A DNA stretch of 57,692 nucleotides, the filler included, from Sphacelaria rigidula (taxonomy: Eukaryota), in NCBI GenBank assembly GCA_964200075.2. It is 8 parts of 8 records of this genome, joined end to end, with 100 filler letters (N's around TTAATTAATTAA, not from the genome) between each part and the next. Parts side by side here need not be neighbours in the genome. Positions count along the whole stretch, not along the records: positions 1 to 7,125 come from CAXNAA020016367.1; positions 7,226 to 14,349 come from CAXNAA020016368.1; 6 more parts are not named here. One strand, given 5' to 3'. A program made the translations under genes and the position numbers. Positions 1-10,900 of this stretch are shown in pieces. The notes beneath the pieces are model-generated. The model worked only from the letters and a program-made list of their open reading frames with translations, was not told where the DNA came from and did not search any database. Numbering within the stretch: position 1 is the stretch's first letter; every line of letters begins with the position of its first letter.

Positions 1-110
1 TCCGGCGAAAACCCGGCGTGCTCCGTCCCGGCATTGTAGGGATGCGAGGTCAATGGTCTGATGACTATGGCGTGCATGATCATGAGTACACCTCTCCTCC
101 CTCCCCTCCC
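1..110 (+). mobile_element. Oligo(C)-tailed interspersed repeat, type A, 3' part
   Basis: GGGATGCGAGGTCAATGGTCTGATGACTATGGCGTGCATGATCATGAGTAC plus C-rich tail; homologous to 7240-7385(-), 21674-21723, 35429-35857(-) and 50604-50662. Confidence 0.8.
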
Positions 111-3100
111 TTTCCGCCACTGCGTTGTCAAACGTTATCTAGGGGGCGCTGTGTTTCCACCGGCTAAGAAGTTACCAGCTGAGCAAGATTCGGCGAAAGA
201 AGGTAAGATCAACCCGGCGTATCCCGGGAAAACGAGGTGTTCCGCATAAAGCGACAACGACTAATAACTATAATATTGGATTTGTGTTTTTTGTCACATT
301 TTTTCTGTCTATTTGTATGTCGATCTCTATGTTTACGTCTCTGTCTCCTTGTCTCTCTCGAGATTATGGCGTCTCCACCGTTGATCTCGACTACGATGCT
401 GTCGCGAAAATCCCTTGCACGGTGGCCGGGGTTAAGAGAGCAATCGAAGAACTCCGAGAACCTTTTTCCGAGTCTTCCGTTGATCCCTCACACCAGCTCA
501 ACACGACTGCCTCTTGAAGCTTTGTGAAAGACATCGCCTGGCTTTCTTCATTGTCTATTCAAACAGTTGAGCAAGTGCGCAATTGCCGAGGCAGAAGTGC
601 CGTTGAAACATATTTCCCGTCCCGTCTATGGAGCGCCGCACTTTTCCATCCCCCGCACTTGCGCAGTTTTTGAAGGCACCCTGTTGTCGATAGGCCGTTG
701 CACGCAGGCTAAACGCACGTCGTGCTCTCTTGCTGCGCTGGCGACAGGTGACTTTCTTTGGTGTCCTCTCTTGATCGGTCCATACGATGGAAGTTCCTTC
801 TTTGATGCCTATTTTAGTGCAACATCAGGATGGTACAAGAGGATGCTGCAATGGCGAGAAAATTCCCGTTCGAAATTGGATGCTGTGGAGGAAGCCGTGC
901 AATTGACTTGTGCTACAGTACCTCTCAATTACCGTTTGCGGTCGTCTCCTGAACATAGTAGCGGTCACTCGCTGAGTCATGCACGTACACATGCCGCTAG
1001 AAGTGTCCGCCTGGCTCGTGCAGGGCTTCAAGTTGAATTCAGACTGTCGTCCTTCCGGCCGTTACACTCGCTTTTGCTTTCAAATGTAAATCTGTGTAGT
1101 CATTCTTGCCAGCTTCTTGCGGTGTGGATTTTTGTATGAAGTGGGCTTCACGTGAAATCAGTCATTTTCGTATGACACTGGGTAAATAATATGTCGACAT
1201 TTTTTTTTCGCAACTTCGCAGCTGTTGAGTTCATGTGCAGTCCGGGCGAGTCTCAACGGATTGGCTTCACGTAAGTCGAAGTTCTCTCTATTGCTGGTGC
1301 AGGAGACTGGGGAAGTAAGCTTTCCCTCCTCTTGACTACCTATGCTGCGAGCAGTAAAACTCCTGGTGTTTTTCTCCGGTTGCTAATATGTCATGTATAT
1401 TTTCGTGCTGCTCCCTCCTCCTCCTCCTTCTCCTCCTCCTTTCTATTTTGGTGCCTCTGCAAAAAATGCATGGTTCATGATGGTTCCGGTTGCACACGTT
1501 ACGGGCATATTTTGTGGCGGAGCAGCTAATGAGACAGGAGCTAACGTCTCTCAGCGCGCAAAAGCAGGAAATAGAAAAGTTATTGGCGGACACGGAATCC
1601 AAGCTGCAGCTGTTATGATAGAGCACTCAATCCCATACGATATCTCGAAGTTCGCATGGAGCTGGTGATTTTGTGGAGTGTCACGGGAGCATCTGGGGAT
1701 ATGTCTTGTCTGGGTCGCATCCCTTGGTTTCGCGAGCACTGTGTGTATACTACACACATCTGCATATTTACTCAAGAAATAGGACCATATGATACACATA
1801 AATGTAGCTTGATGTTATTGGGGAATCGATACATGTGCAATGGGATTGAGGAATCCCTTGCGCGTGTACTCTATGTATCTGCTGTACATATCGATTGTTG
1901 AGGTATTCAGGTGGATATATCTGTCATGTGGGACGGTGATGATGGTTGGGAGGCGACAGTAGGGCTGTTTGATGTGGTCAGGGTACACCAGGTGTTCCGG
2001 GTTGGGTTTCCTCCTTCCATCAAAGAAAAAAAAAAAAAAAAACCCAGGTGTTTCTGTGTCTACACTGCATTACTGCATTACTGTTGGAAGGCGATATGCG
2101 ATAATTCAGGCAGGTTCTGTCGTGCAGAGTATCACACGTTCTAACAAAATGGCCTTGAATGCTACTTGCTGGGAAGTGAGCCCACAGTCGCGCTGTATGC
2201 AGCATGCGTTCGCTCGTAAATCTTTGTCGAGGCGGCCACAACGTGAATCGATCCAGCACCTTGCAGCAAACTGTGAGGACCCTGCTCCGGCACTTCACAC
2301 ATGCGCCACACATTGGTGACGGTCTAGCTTCGCAATTGACTTCTACCAAACGCAAACAGCTACCTCCCGCCTGGTGTGATTGTTCTTGGTATCGCGCCAT
2401 ACTTATTCTGTTCTACCGTGTTTAGTTTGTGATCTGTGAAGAACGTTACCCATTCCCGAAGAAAACCTCAAAACTTCATTCTATTATCATCTAACTGGCT
2501 TCATTGGTGCTGGTCTGCAAATAACCGTCGGCCACGACAAAGAGAGGGTGTTTTCAATTACAGGATACAACGTTTTTTTTTTCTCGCATTTTTGGTTCAG
2601 AATAATCGCTGAATCACGAAAAAATTCGTCCGAAATTCCGCGGAAAGAGCGACCGCCGTCAGCGTTCGAGTGGTCTGATGGTTTCACCGACGGATCATTC
2701 GTCGTATAACAGGCCCGATCATCCCGGTACACTTCTTCAGAGCCGGTGATGGTCTCCTATTCTTCTATATACCATGTTGTGCAGAACCTGCTCGCATTGA
2801 CGGGAAGGGAAGGGAAGCCTTCCCGTTGACGAAAGACGAAGGACAGAGCAGGGTTTTTATTAGGTGTATGTCGGGACGGGACGGGCATGCCCAGCCCGCT
2901 CCGTTGTATGTTATATGTCTTCTTTTGTGCTGGTGTATGGCAGGGCAGTGTGGTACCTCACTTCATTATGTTTGTCCATGGATGAGAGGGTCCATATCCT
3001 AAACAGAGCGGTCGTAGTAGACGAGCTGCAATGTTTTCCTTTTCCGCGGCCTTTTGTTTTTTACGACTGGGTATGAGTCTGGCAAGACCTTTTCCGCCCA

Positions 3101-3559
3101 AGCCACGGAGCAGAGGCCGACCATTTATTTTATTTTCTCTTTATTTGTTTATTTTATTTTCATGTCTTAGTTTACTATGTTGCTCTGCTCTACCTTTTTT
3201 TTGTTTCTTCTTTTCTTCAGCCAATATTTCGGTTTTGTCTCGTCTCGGGTACGTCCACCATGTGACCGCGGCTGGATCCCTGGGGGTCAGTGAGAGTGCG
3301 AAGCAAATCAATCACATAATCCGTCCCGTTTCCATGGGAAACGGTTACCGCCCGCCTCGATATTCCCGTCCCCTCATCACGGGAAATATATTTGTAGCAT
3401 ACGAACGCCCCGAAAACCTCGTGCGCTGAGCGCAGTGCACAACGTTGTGCCGGCGATACTTGGACGTATTTTTAGTAGAGAAGAGTGACTAGATTTTACA
3501 AAAACGTGTGGACAATCAGTGAAAATATCCACACCGATCATGCGTTTCCGCGCGCCCTA

Positions 3560-4434
3560 CGAGCTGGGCCAGCCTAAAAACGGATTTAAGCTCTAAAAGC
3601 AATATCTCATCGACGCAGACGAGTTGGGCCGTGATCCGCATATATAATATTGTATTAATCGTCCAATCAAGGGGAAGGTGCCCATCTGCTCAAAAGTTTG
3701 GGCCCATATTTTCTCGTTGATGACTAAACCCCATGCCTAGTAATTCCTACACCGAAGGGAGATAGCGCCAATACGTTGCCAACACTAGAATCTCTATGAA
3801 ACTCCCGATCGACGCATTTAGCGGATGGCGACGAATTTTGGTGTGGAGAACCACAAAAGAGTGCCGAATTAAAAAAAAAAGGGCTTTCATTTTTCTTTTT
3901 TAAATAATAGAGGTTAGGGCGTTTTTTGTGAAAAAATGGTCTTCATAGTAGAACGCCCTAAACCGGTGAAGAAAATTGAAAAAAATCAACCTGACCCATT
4001 CTTTTTTGTTGAATATGCTTTAGAGAGCGCCCATACCAAAATTCAATACACGAAAACCAAACGTGGGCCGGTGAGTGGCCTGCGAAATAATGTTCCGAAT
4101 TTCTATCGACCGGGTTTTTGATAGGCCCATGCTCTTTTATACATCTAGAGTTGGGCCCTGAAATTTGGTATGAACAGCGCATAGGGCATAAGAAAAGGAA
4201 ATACTAGAGTACCAAAAGTGTTTTTTTTGTTCGTGAGTTAAGGGCAATAATCGGTTTTCAGGTATCAGTAAAATGGCCCTAACTCATGAAGAATAAAAAA
4301 ACTTTTGGTGCAGAAGTAATTGCTCGTTTCATGCCTTATGCATTGTTCATACCAAATTTCAGGGCCCAACTCTGAATGTATTAAAGAGCATGGGCCCGCA
4401 AACTTCAAATCCGCCTCTAGGCTGGCCCAGCTCG
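3560..4434. mobile_element. Non-autonomous TIR element, Tc1/mariner-like
   Basis: 17-bp perfect TIR CGAGCTGGGCCAGCCTA; TA on the left, CA on the right; internal inverted repeat ~4124-4190/4330-4396. The same terminus, preceded by TA, recurs at ~57630-57692. Confidence 0.75.
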
Positions 4435-4436
4435 CA

Positions 4437-4725
4437 GCTATTGACAACTACTACACACCATACAAATTTGGATTTTGATAACCGAAATGTCGGGGTCCTA
4501 GGTGAAGAACCAATTTTGGCGTCTGATCGGACACCTCAAACCCCTCAAAAATGGTTTTTGCACCTAGGACCCCGATATTTCGCTTGTTGAAATCCAAACT
4601 TGTATGGCGTGTAGTAGTTGTCAATAGCTACCAGCAAGTGAAGAAATGGAAGCATACTTCGAAGATTTGGTGTGGATACGAAGGTTTTAATTCTCCGGGT
4701 TTTCATCCCCAATGAAAGATCCATC
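4437..4725. mobile_element. Truncated foldback element
   Basis: Inverted arms ~4437-4500/4568-4630; homologous to 56162-56547. Confidence 0.7.
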
Positions 4726-5149
4726 GCCAATTATTAGTAAAATCCCGTGTTATTGGCCTTCTTCCTCGCAGCTCGTACAGCCGTGGGAAATCGACCCACT
4801 AGTTGTGTGTCGAGGACATCGCCGGTGAGACGAAGAAAGGGTTGATTCATGGAGCCATATTCGCGGCTGGTACGCGTCATCCGCACTTCGTACCCGACAG
4901 CCTCAGCTTACACGGGCAGTGTATGTGGACAACGCGCGACGCGAGACAGCTGAGCAACGTGTACATTTCTAGTTTATTGAACACTACTGTATGTAGGTAC
5001 ATTCTCATCACGCTGGTGAAAACCTCAGTGCATCGCGGAACAATGCGGATAGAACGTACTAGCGGCAATCGCCTGTTGGCGTTTTGTCTGCAACGCGACC
5101 GCTATCAATCGTAAGCACATGATCACATGCTCCCATGCCTCCAGCCAAC

Positions 5150-5700
5150 ATAGCTTATGTCCAAGTTTCCTACGTCACGTTTTTGACAAAAGCAATGTTC
5201 AAGTCCAGTCCGATGCAGATGTATTTTTTAGTCCTGTGTGCAGCAGCCGCGTTTCTCCTCCGCTACGAGGCCGTTTCCCCCCCACATGGCTTGAACGGTG
5301 GCTACGGAATGTATGAGTGTATTGCTGCTGCTGTGGTGTCGATGCAAGGCACATGGGACAAGCGCGAACAGGTGTTCCACTCGCTGGACTTGGACGTAAG
5401 CTATGTCCAACTCCAGTCGGGCGGCGGTATGTTTTGGCACTGTGCAGCAGGCGCGTTTCTCGTCCGCTACAAGGCCGTTTGCACCGTGCGATGGCTTGAA
5501 TGGTGGCTACGGACTGTGTAAGTGTATTGCAGCTGCTGTGTTGTCGATGCAAGGCACATGAGACGAGCGTGGACAGGCATTCCACTCGCTGGAGGTGGAA
5601 ATAAGCTACGTCCCAGTCGAGACTTGGACATAGCTTATGGCCACCTCCAGTCGATTGGCGGTATTTTTTGGCACTCTATGTCCAAGTCGCGACTTGGAAA
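5150..5700. repeat. Diverged ~205-bp tandem repeat (~2.3 copies)
   Basis: TGTGCAGCAG(C/G)CGCGTTTCTC...TCGATGCAAGGCACATG...TTCCACTCGCTGGA recurs at ~5238 and ~5441. Confidence 0.8.
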
Positions 5701-6117
5701 TAGCACTACCCGAAAAAAACACAAAGTGAGGTTCAACTCAAAAGCCGTGCTTCCCCTGAACTCAAAACATGACAAATGACTTTCATATGAACGACCTCAT
5801 CCCTTCCGATGTTCAGAAGCGAACAGTTCATCCATTAAACCAGTGAGTGAACGCTCCGAGTCCCGGCATCATCGACTGTGGAAGGAATGAGGTTGACATG
5901 TGAACAAGGATGACGCAGAGGTAGCGCTACGGCACGTGAAAGCTGCAGGTCAAGATGCACCGACAGCACCTGGGACCGAGAGTACCAACAGCAACTAATC
6001 ACAGCCTACGTCAGATACGTAGAGCATTGCGTGTGGTCCCCATCTCTGATTTGTTAGCTTTTGTTCCTGTTCCTCGTGGTTTCTTTTTTTCCTTGTCTGT
6101 TTTTGTTTCGTCTGTGC

Positions 6118-6176
<59 letters not shown>

Positions 6177-6424
6177 CCCTCTCCCTTTTCTTTTTTTTTT
6201 CGTTCGTTTGTTCTCCTATCTCACATCTCCGCCTTGCTACCCCCGCCCNNNNNNNNNNTTTTTTTTTTTTTTTTTCTGTTCCCCCCGGTTTCTTTTTTTT
6301 TTTTTTCGTTTTTTTTCCCTCCGGCTGTCCCCCCCCCCCCCCCCCCGCCGCCGCCGCCGCCGCCGGAACGAGCCTGGCCCTGTCTTCTTGTCTCTTGTAT
6401 TCCTTTTTCTACCTTCTATTCTTT

Positions 6425-6500
6425 TATTTTCATTTTTTTCATTTTTTTCATTTTTTTCATTTTTTTCATTTTTTCCATTTTTTCCATTTTTTCATTTTTC
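6425..6500. repeat. 9-bp minisatellite (TTTTTTCAT)n
   Basis: About 8 tandem units directly visible. Confidence 0.85.
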
Positions 6501-6830
6501 TCCTTATTTTTTCTGATCACGAGCTGGAGTGTCGCAATCAGCTACGTAATGCGTGATCGTCATCTTCTTGTGTTGCTCGTGCTTGTGTTCGTGTTTGTGT
6601 TTGTGCATGTACGTGTTTGTGCATGTACGTGTTTGTCTGTCGTTATTTTGTTGTTATTGCTGGTGTTGTTTGTTCTTGCTGTTGTTGTTTCTTGTTGCTG
6701 GTGGTGATGTTTTTGTTGTTTTTGTTGTCATCGCTGCTCCCTTTCTTTCCTTTCTGAGGCCGTTGCTTCTGTCTTTTTCTGTTCCCTTCTTTTCGTTTTC
6801 TCTTTATTATTATGTTCTATTTTTGCTGCT

Positions 6831-6897
6831 CCTGACCACGGGCTGGATTGTTGTAATCAGCTAATGTGAGATATTCAATCAATCAATCAATCAATCA
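6831..6897 (+). mobile_element. 3' end of a LINE/SINE with (CAAT)n tail (RTE-like, inferred)
   Basis: TGACCACGGGCTGGAT...TCAG...(TCAA)n; related ends at 3248-3314(+), 54135-54185(+) and 55187-55270(-). Confidence 0.6.
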
Positions 6898-7125
6898 GTT
6901 AAGCTTGCGAAGGGTACGGGGCCCCGGAGAGCACCGATGTGTCATGCCAGGACGAAGCACTCAGCATATCTTTTGTTCAGTAAGCGAACAGTTTACCCAT
7001 TAAACAAGTGAGCGCTCACTGGTTCAATGGGTAAACCGTTTGCTTCCTGAGCACCCGACCTCCCTGAAACTATTTCGGGGGATTTCTAGCCTTCCGTTCC
7101 CCCAAAGGGTATGTGCGAAAGCACA

Positions 7126-7225
7126 NNNNNNNNNNNNNNNNNNNNNNNNNNNNNNNNNNNNNNNNNNNNTTAATTAATTAANNNNNNNNNNNNNNNNNNN
7201 NNNNNNNNNNNNNNNNNNNNNNNNN
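7126..7225. other. Artificial scaffold linker (N44-TTAATTAATTAA-N44)
   Basis: Exact 100-bp spacer with a stop-in-all-frames core; recurs every 7224 bp. Confidence 0.98.
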
Positions 7226-7239
7226 CGGCTCCCCGCAGC

Positions 7240-7249
7240 GGGGGGGGGG

Positions 7250-7285
<36 letters not shown>

Positions 7286-7385
7286 ACTCATGATCACTCC
7301 TTCCGTAGTAATATGACCATTGACCTAATATCTCTATAAAGCCGGGACAGCGCACGGCGGGTTTTCACCGGACCAGGCTCGCATC
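7240..7385 (-). mobile_element. Oligo(C)-tailed repeat, type A, 5'-truncated copy
   Basis: Reverse complement aligns with positions 1-90; ends in a long G run on the + strand. Confidence 0.75.
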
Positions 7386-7923
7386 ACGAGCAAGGGAAGG
7401 GGGAAGTGGTACCCGTTTTGTCTCGTATACGGCAGAAATGAAGAGAAACTTGATGAGGCGAATTGAAAAAAAGTGTAGGCCTTACTGACGAGTAGTGTTG
7501 CTGGATCAGTCGGCCGTTGTAGCGATGCTCTCGGCATGCTTTCATTTTTACTTCAGGGCGGTGTAACAAACACATTAGGTGGTCGTAAATTCTCAAGTGG
7601 TTGGGGGATACGTAACAAACAAAGAGCCTGCAAGCGTCGACGGTAGTATCGACGAGCTCCATCGCTGGCGCGGACTGGTCACCCAGCGTTCCAAGAATTT
7701 CGAGCAAACAAGGAGCTCCATCCATGGTTCAGCGGAATCCACCGGTCCGGAGTCGTTTTCAGGTTGTGATTATTTCGCAAGATGCGGTTAATACGCTCAT
7801 CCGCTGAACTTACCTGGTACTCGTGGATGCTTGACAAGTGCGCCAACAACCATAGACGCTCAGACTTCACAACTCGTTTGAACGACCGATCAACAACCAT
7901 AGACGCTCATCCGCTGAACTCAC

Positions 7924-10900
7924 CTGGTACTCGTGGTTGCTTGACAAGTGTGCCAACGAAAATGCCGCGTACTCCTGGCATTCCACGTCCTCAAGGCTGG
8001 CTAAGGCAACGACGGCATGGAGCCCTCCTTCCCTCGCTAAATCATCGTGGAACTCCCGAGTTTCAGAGAGGAGAGCAAGGAAGTACCCCGCTGCACGCTT
8101 AACCTCGATATCACCGACACCAGCTTGGCCTACCACGTTCACAACCGCGCCAAGCTCAACCAGCCTAGCCTTCACGGGATCGTTCTCGCTCAGTGAGCCC
8201 AACGCATACACCGCGGTACGAATACAGTCCCCATCTTCCGAGTTGACGAGAGCAAGCAACGGTAGGAGGCCTTCCTCGTGCATCACCGCTGCCTTGGTCG
8301 ACCTGTGGACGCCGAGTGCGATGGCGTTGACCGCGAGGCACGCGCACCGTTGCACTTCGGCCTCAGGGAACCGCACTAGGTCGATAAGGGGTTTCAAGGC
8401 TCCCTCTTCTGTTATTCGTAACTTGTTCGAAGGCTTCCCGTGGTCACCCAGGGCGAGTCCGGCGAGTGCAAGCGCCGCATACCGTTGGATTTCAAGGTCC
8501 GGGAATCTGGCTAGGAACGTGAGCGGGCGCACTGCACCCTCCTCCACTATGCGCGCCTTATGCTCCCCGGAGGACAAGTTGCATAGGGCGAGGGTGGAGT
8601 AGCGCTGGCTGGCGACGTCCAGCGAGCGGGCCAGTTGGAAGAGAGTGGGCAGCGCTCCCTTGGTAATGATCGCGTCTTTAACATCATTGCTGACACTGAG
8701 GCATGCCAGGGTTCGTGCGACGTCGCGCTGGACCCGCGCGTCGTCGTGCATGCCGACCTTTTGCAGGATCTCGATACCGCCCTCACGAACGACGTCGCTC
8801 TGGAGATCAAGGGAGTCCGCCAGGTTTGCCAAAGCAAACGTGCAATTTCGAACAACCTCCAGGTCAGCGTACGTGCAGCACGCCAGGATTTGTCCGAGGC
8901 AACCATCTCTCACCATTTTCTGCTTGTTCTCGTCATTAAGGGAGAAGCTGGCGAAAGCCGCCGCTGCCGTTCGCTGATACTCAATCAACGGGCTTTGTGC
9001 CAGGGCCAAGAAGGGCTTCATCAGCCCATCCTGCACGATGCTCACACGCACCTCCGGGTTGCTGCAAAGGAAGCGAAGGCCAAACGCCGCATATCTCTGG
9101 GTGACATCCTCAGGCGAGTCGGTGAGCCCAACCAGCGCTCGCAGGCCTCCGAGACGGTATACCAACGCGTGGTTCTCGTCGTTGCTGCTAAGATTGCTCA
9201 TCGCACGGGAGCAGTCTTGCTGGACTTCGTCGTTCTCGGCGCGAGAAAGTGCGACAAGCGCCTGGATGGCGCCATCTTCAACCATGGTAATCTGGTTTTG
9301 GAGCTCCTCCGACAAGTTGGCGAGGGTAGCGGCCAGCTGGCACTGCAAATCCTCGTTGGCCCACTTGACACAACGTATGATCGGACGCAGGGCGTCAGCT
9401 TCGACTATGGCTCGCTTAAGGGGGTCGTACATGGAGAGGTGGCGGAGGCCTGCGACTGCTAGTATTTGCAGCTCAATCTCGCGCTCCAGCGCCGCCGACA
9501 CGAGTGCCTCAACGCCGCCTTCATCTGCCACCTGGCACGACAACAAATATTTGCAAGTCCACGAGCAGTGATTGCATCGAGCGGCGACTCGTAGGCTATG
9601 AGGGACTGGTGGGTTCGACAAAACGTCAACGTTGGGCATTCCATGAACCAACTTCGATCCCTCTCTTACTTTTGCGCTGTTGTGATGGGATCGTCTCGAA
9701 AATCTCAACTTCCCCCCAAGTCACGCTGCGTACACAGGAAAATGGGTAAGTGTGTCGAGGGGCCTTTGCGGATCGTAGAACAAGTTCTTCTGAGATGGTA
9801 GAACCTGCCCAGCTCTTATTTCGGCTGAAACCGGTCACGCGGGCACTTTCCCGAGCTATCACTTTGTTAAACGTGAAATGACCTTCACAAGGGAATGAAA
9901 TTCATCCAAATCACCCCCATGACGTGTGCAAATCACACCTTCATCTTGTGGTCCGCATGCGCGCAGAGATCTCGGAGCGCCGTCGCTGCCTGCCTCCTCG
10001 TCTTGAAGTCTCTCGCCTTCAGCAGGTGGAACAACGCCTTGAGCCCGCCCCCGTAACACATTCCTCTATGTGATGCCAGGTTGGGCGATAGCTTTCGGAA
10101 GCTGAGGGCAGCGTGGTACTGACACTCGGCGTCGGAGCTCAGAGCTAACGCGTTCAATCCGGGCAGGCCGTCCTCTATGATGATCGCTTGGTGCTCGAAA
10201 CTCGTCAACAAGTTGGAAATAGCACGACTTGCTTCTCGGAATATGTCCAGCGAGTCGTGATCCATGAGCCCGGTCATCGCGCGCCCCCCCCCAGCCTTGG
10301 CGATTAACTCGTGCGTGTCAATATCTTCCGCCAAGTTTGCGAGAGTGCCGATCGCCTGCCTTGCTGCCTCTAGATCGCCCCCTTGCGATAGTCGCACCAG
10401 GGAAGGCACGCAGCGTGTCGCCACGGCGATTCGATCCTGCTCACTGAGAGATAAATTGCACAAGCACGCCGCTACCTAGTCCAACAATTCGACAGTTAGT
10501 TGGGAGAGGCAGGGTGCAACATAATCGACGAAACCGAGGTTTAGGGTGGTGAATCGTTGAGCGGTAGTTACCGATCGACGGCCGGGTGGGAGAATGGCGC
10601 AAAACTTCGCGTGATCCATGGGAGTGGGACGCTTTGCTCCGAGGTCTTCGGGCTAACGCCGACATTATTTACAACCGTAAAACATCACAGCTCGTACAAA
10701 ATACAACCGTGATATCGAAGCGACACGCAACCTCAGTATATGATCTTTGAAGTGGTCGTACCATTGATCCATCTCACCTCTCGCTGAATTTCAACTTCGC
10801 CACTACGCCCCGCACGAGCTAACACTGTCAATATTCCGGCCAACACCAAGAGGTGGCGATTGTCTTGTGGGATGGCCATTCGCCGCAGGGCCGCCATGGC

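Noticed and set aside
58-64. CTGATGA hammerhead-like core in the oligo(C)-tailed repeat
   Set aside because: No stem II-GAAA follows, and other copies read CATATGA or CCTATGA
5150-5700. CRISPR-like array
   Set aside because: Long diverged tandem units with no constant-repeat/unique-spacer structure and no cas genes
5955-6864. 250-aa Pro/Phe-rich ORF and neighbours
   Set aside because: Produced by homopolymers, an N gap and a 9-bp minisatellite
7170-7181. TTAATTAATTAA recurring with exact 7224-bp periodicity
   Set aside because: Assembly linker between length-sorted scaffolds, not biology
7384-7725. ORF beginning MDGAPCLLEILGTLG, resembling the Ras G3 region (CLLDILDTAG)
   Set aside because: Lacks the DxxG Asp, P-loop and NKxD; a stop lies just upstream; located in an ARM-gene intron
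7937-9571. Long plus-strand ORFs of 177-275 aa
   Set aside because: Antisense shadows of the GC-rich ARM exon
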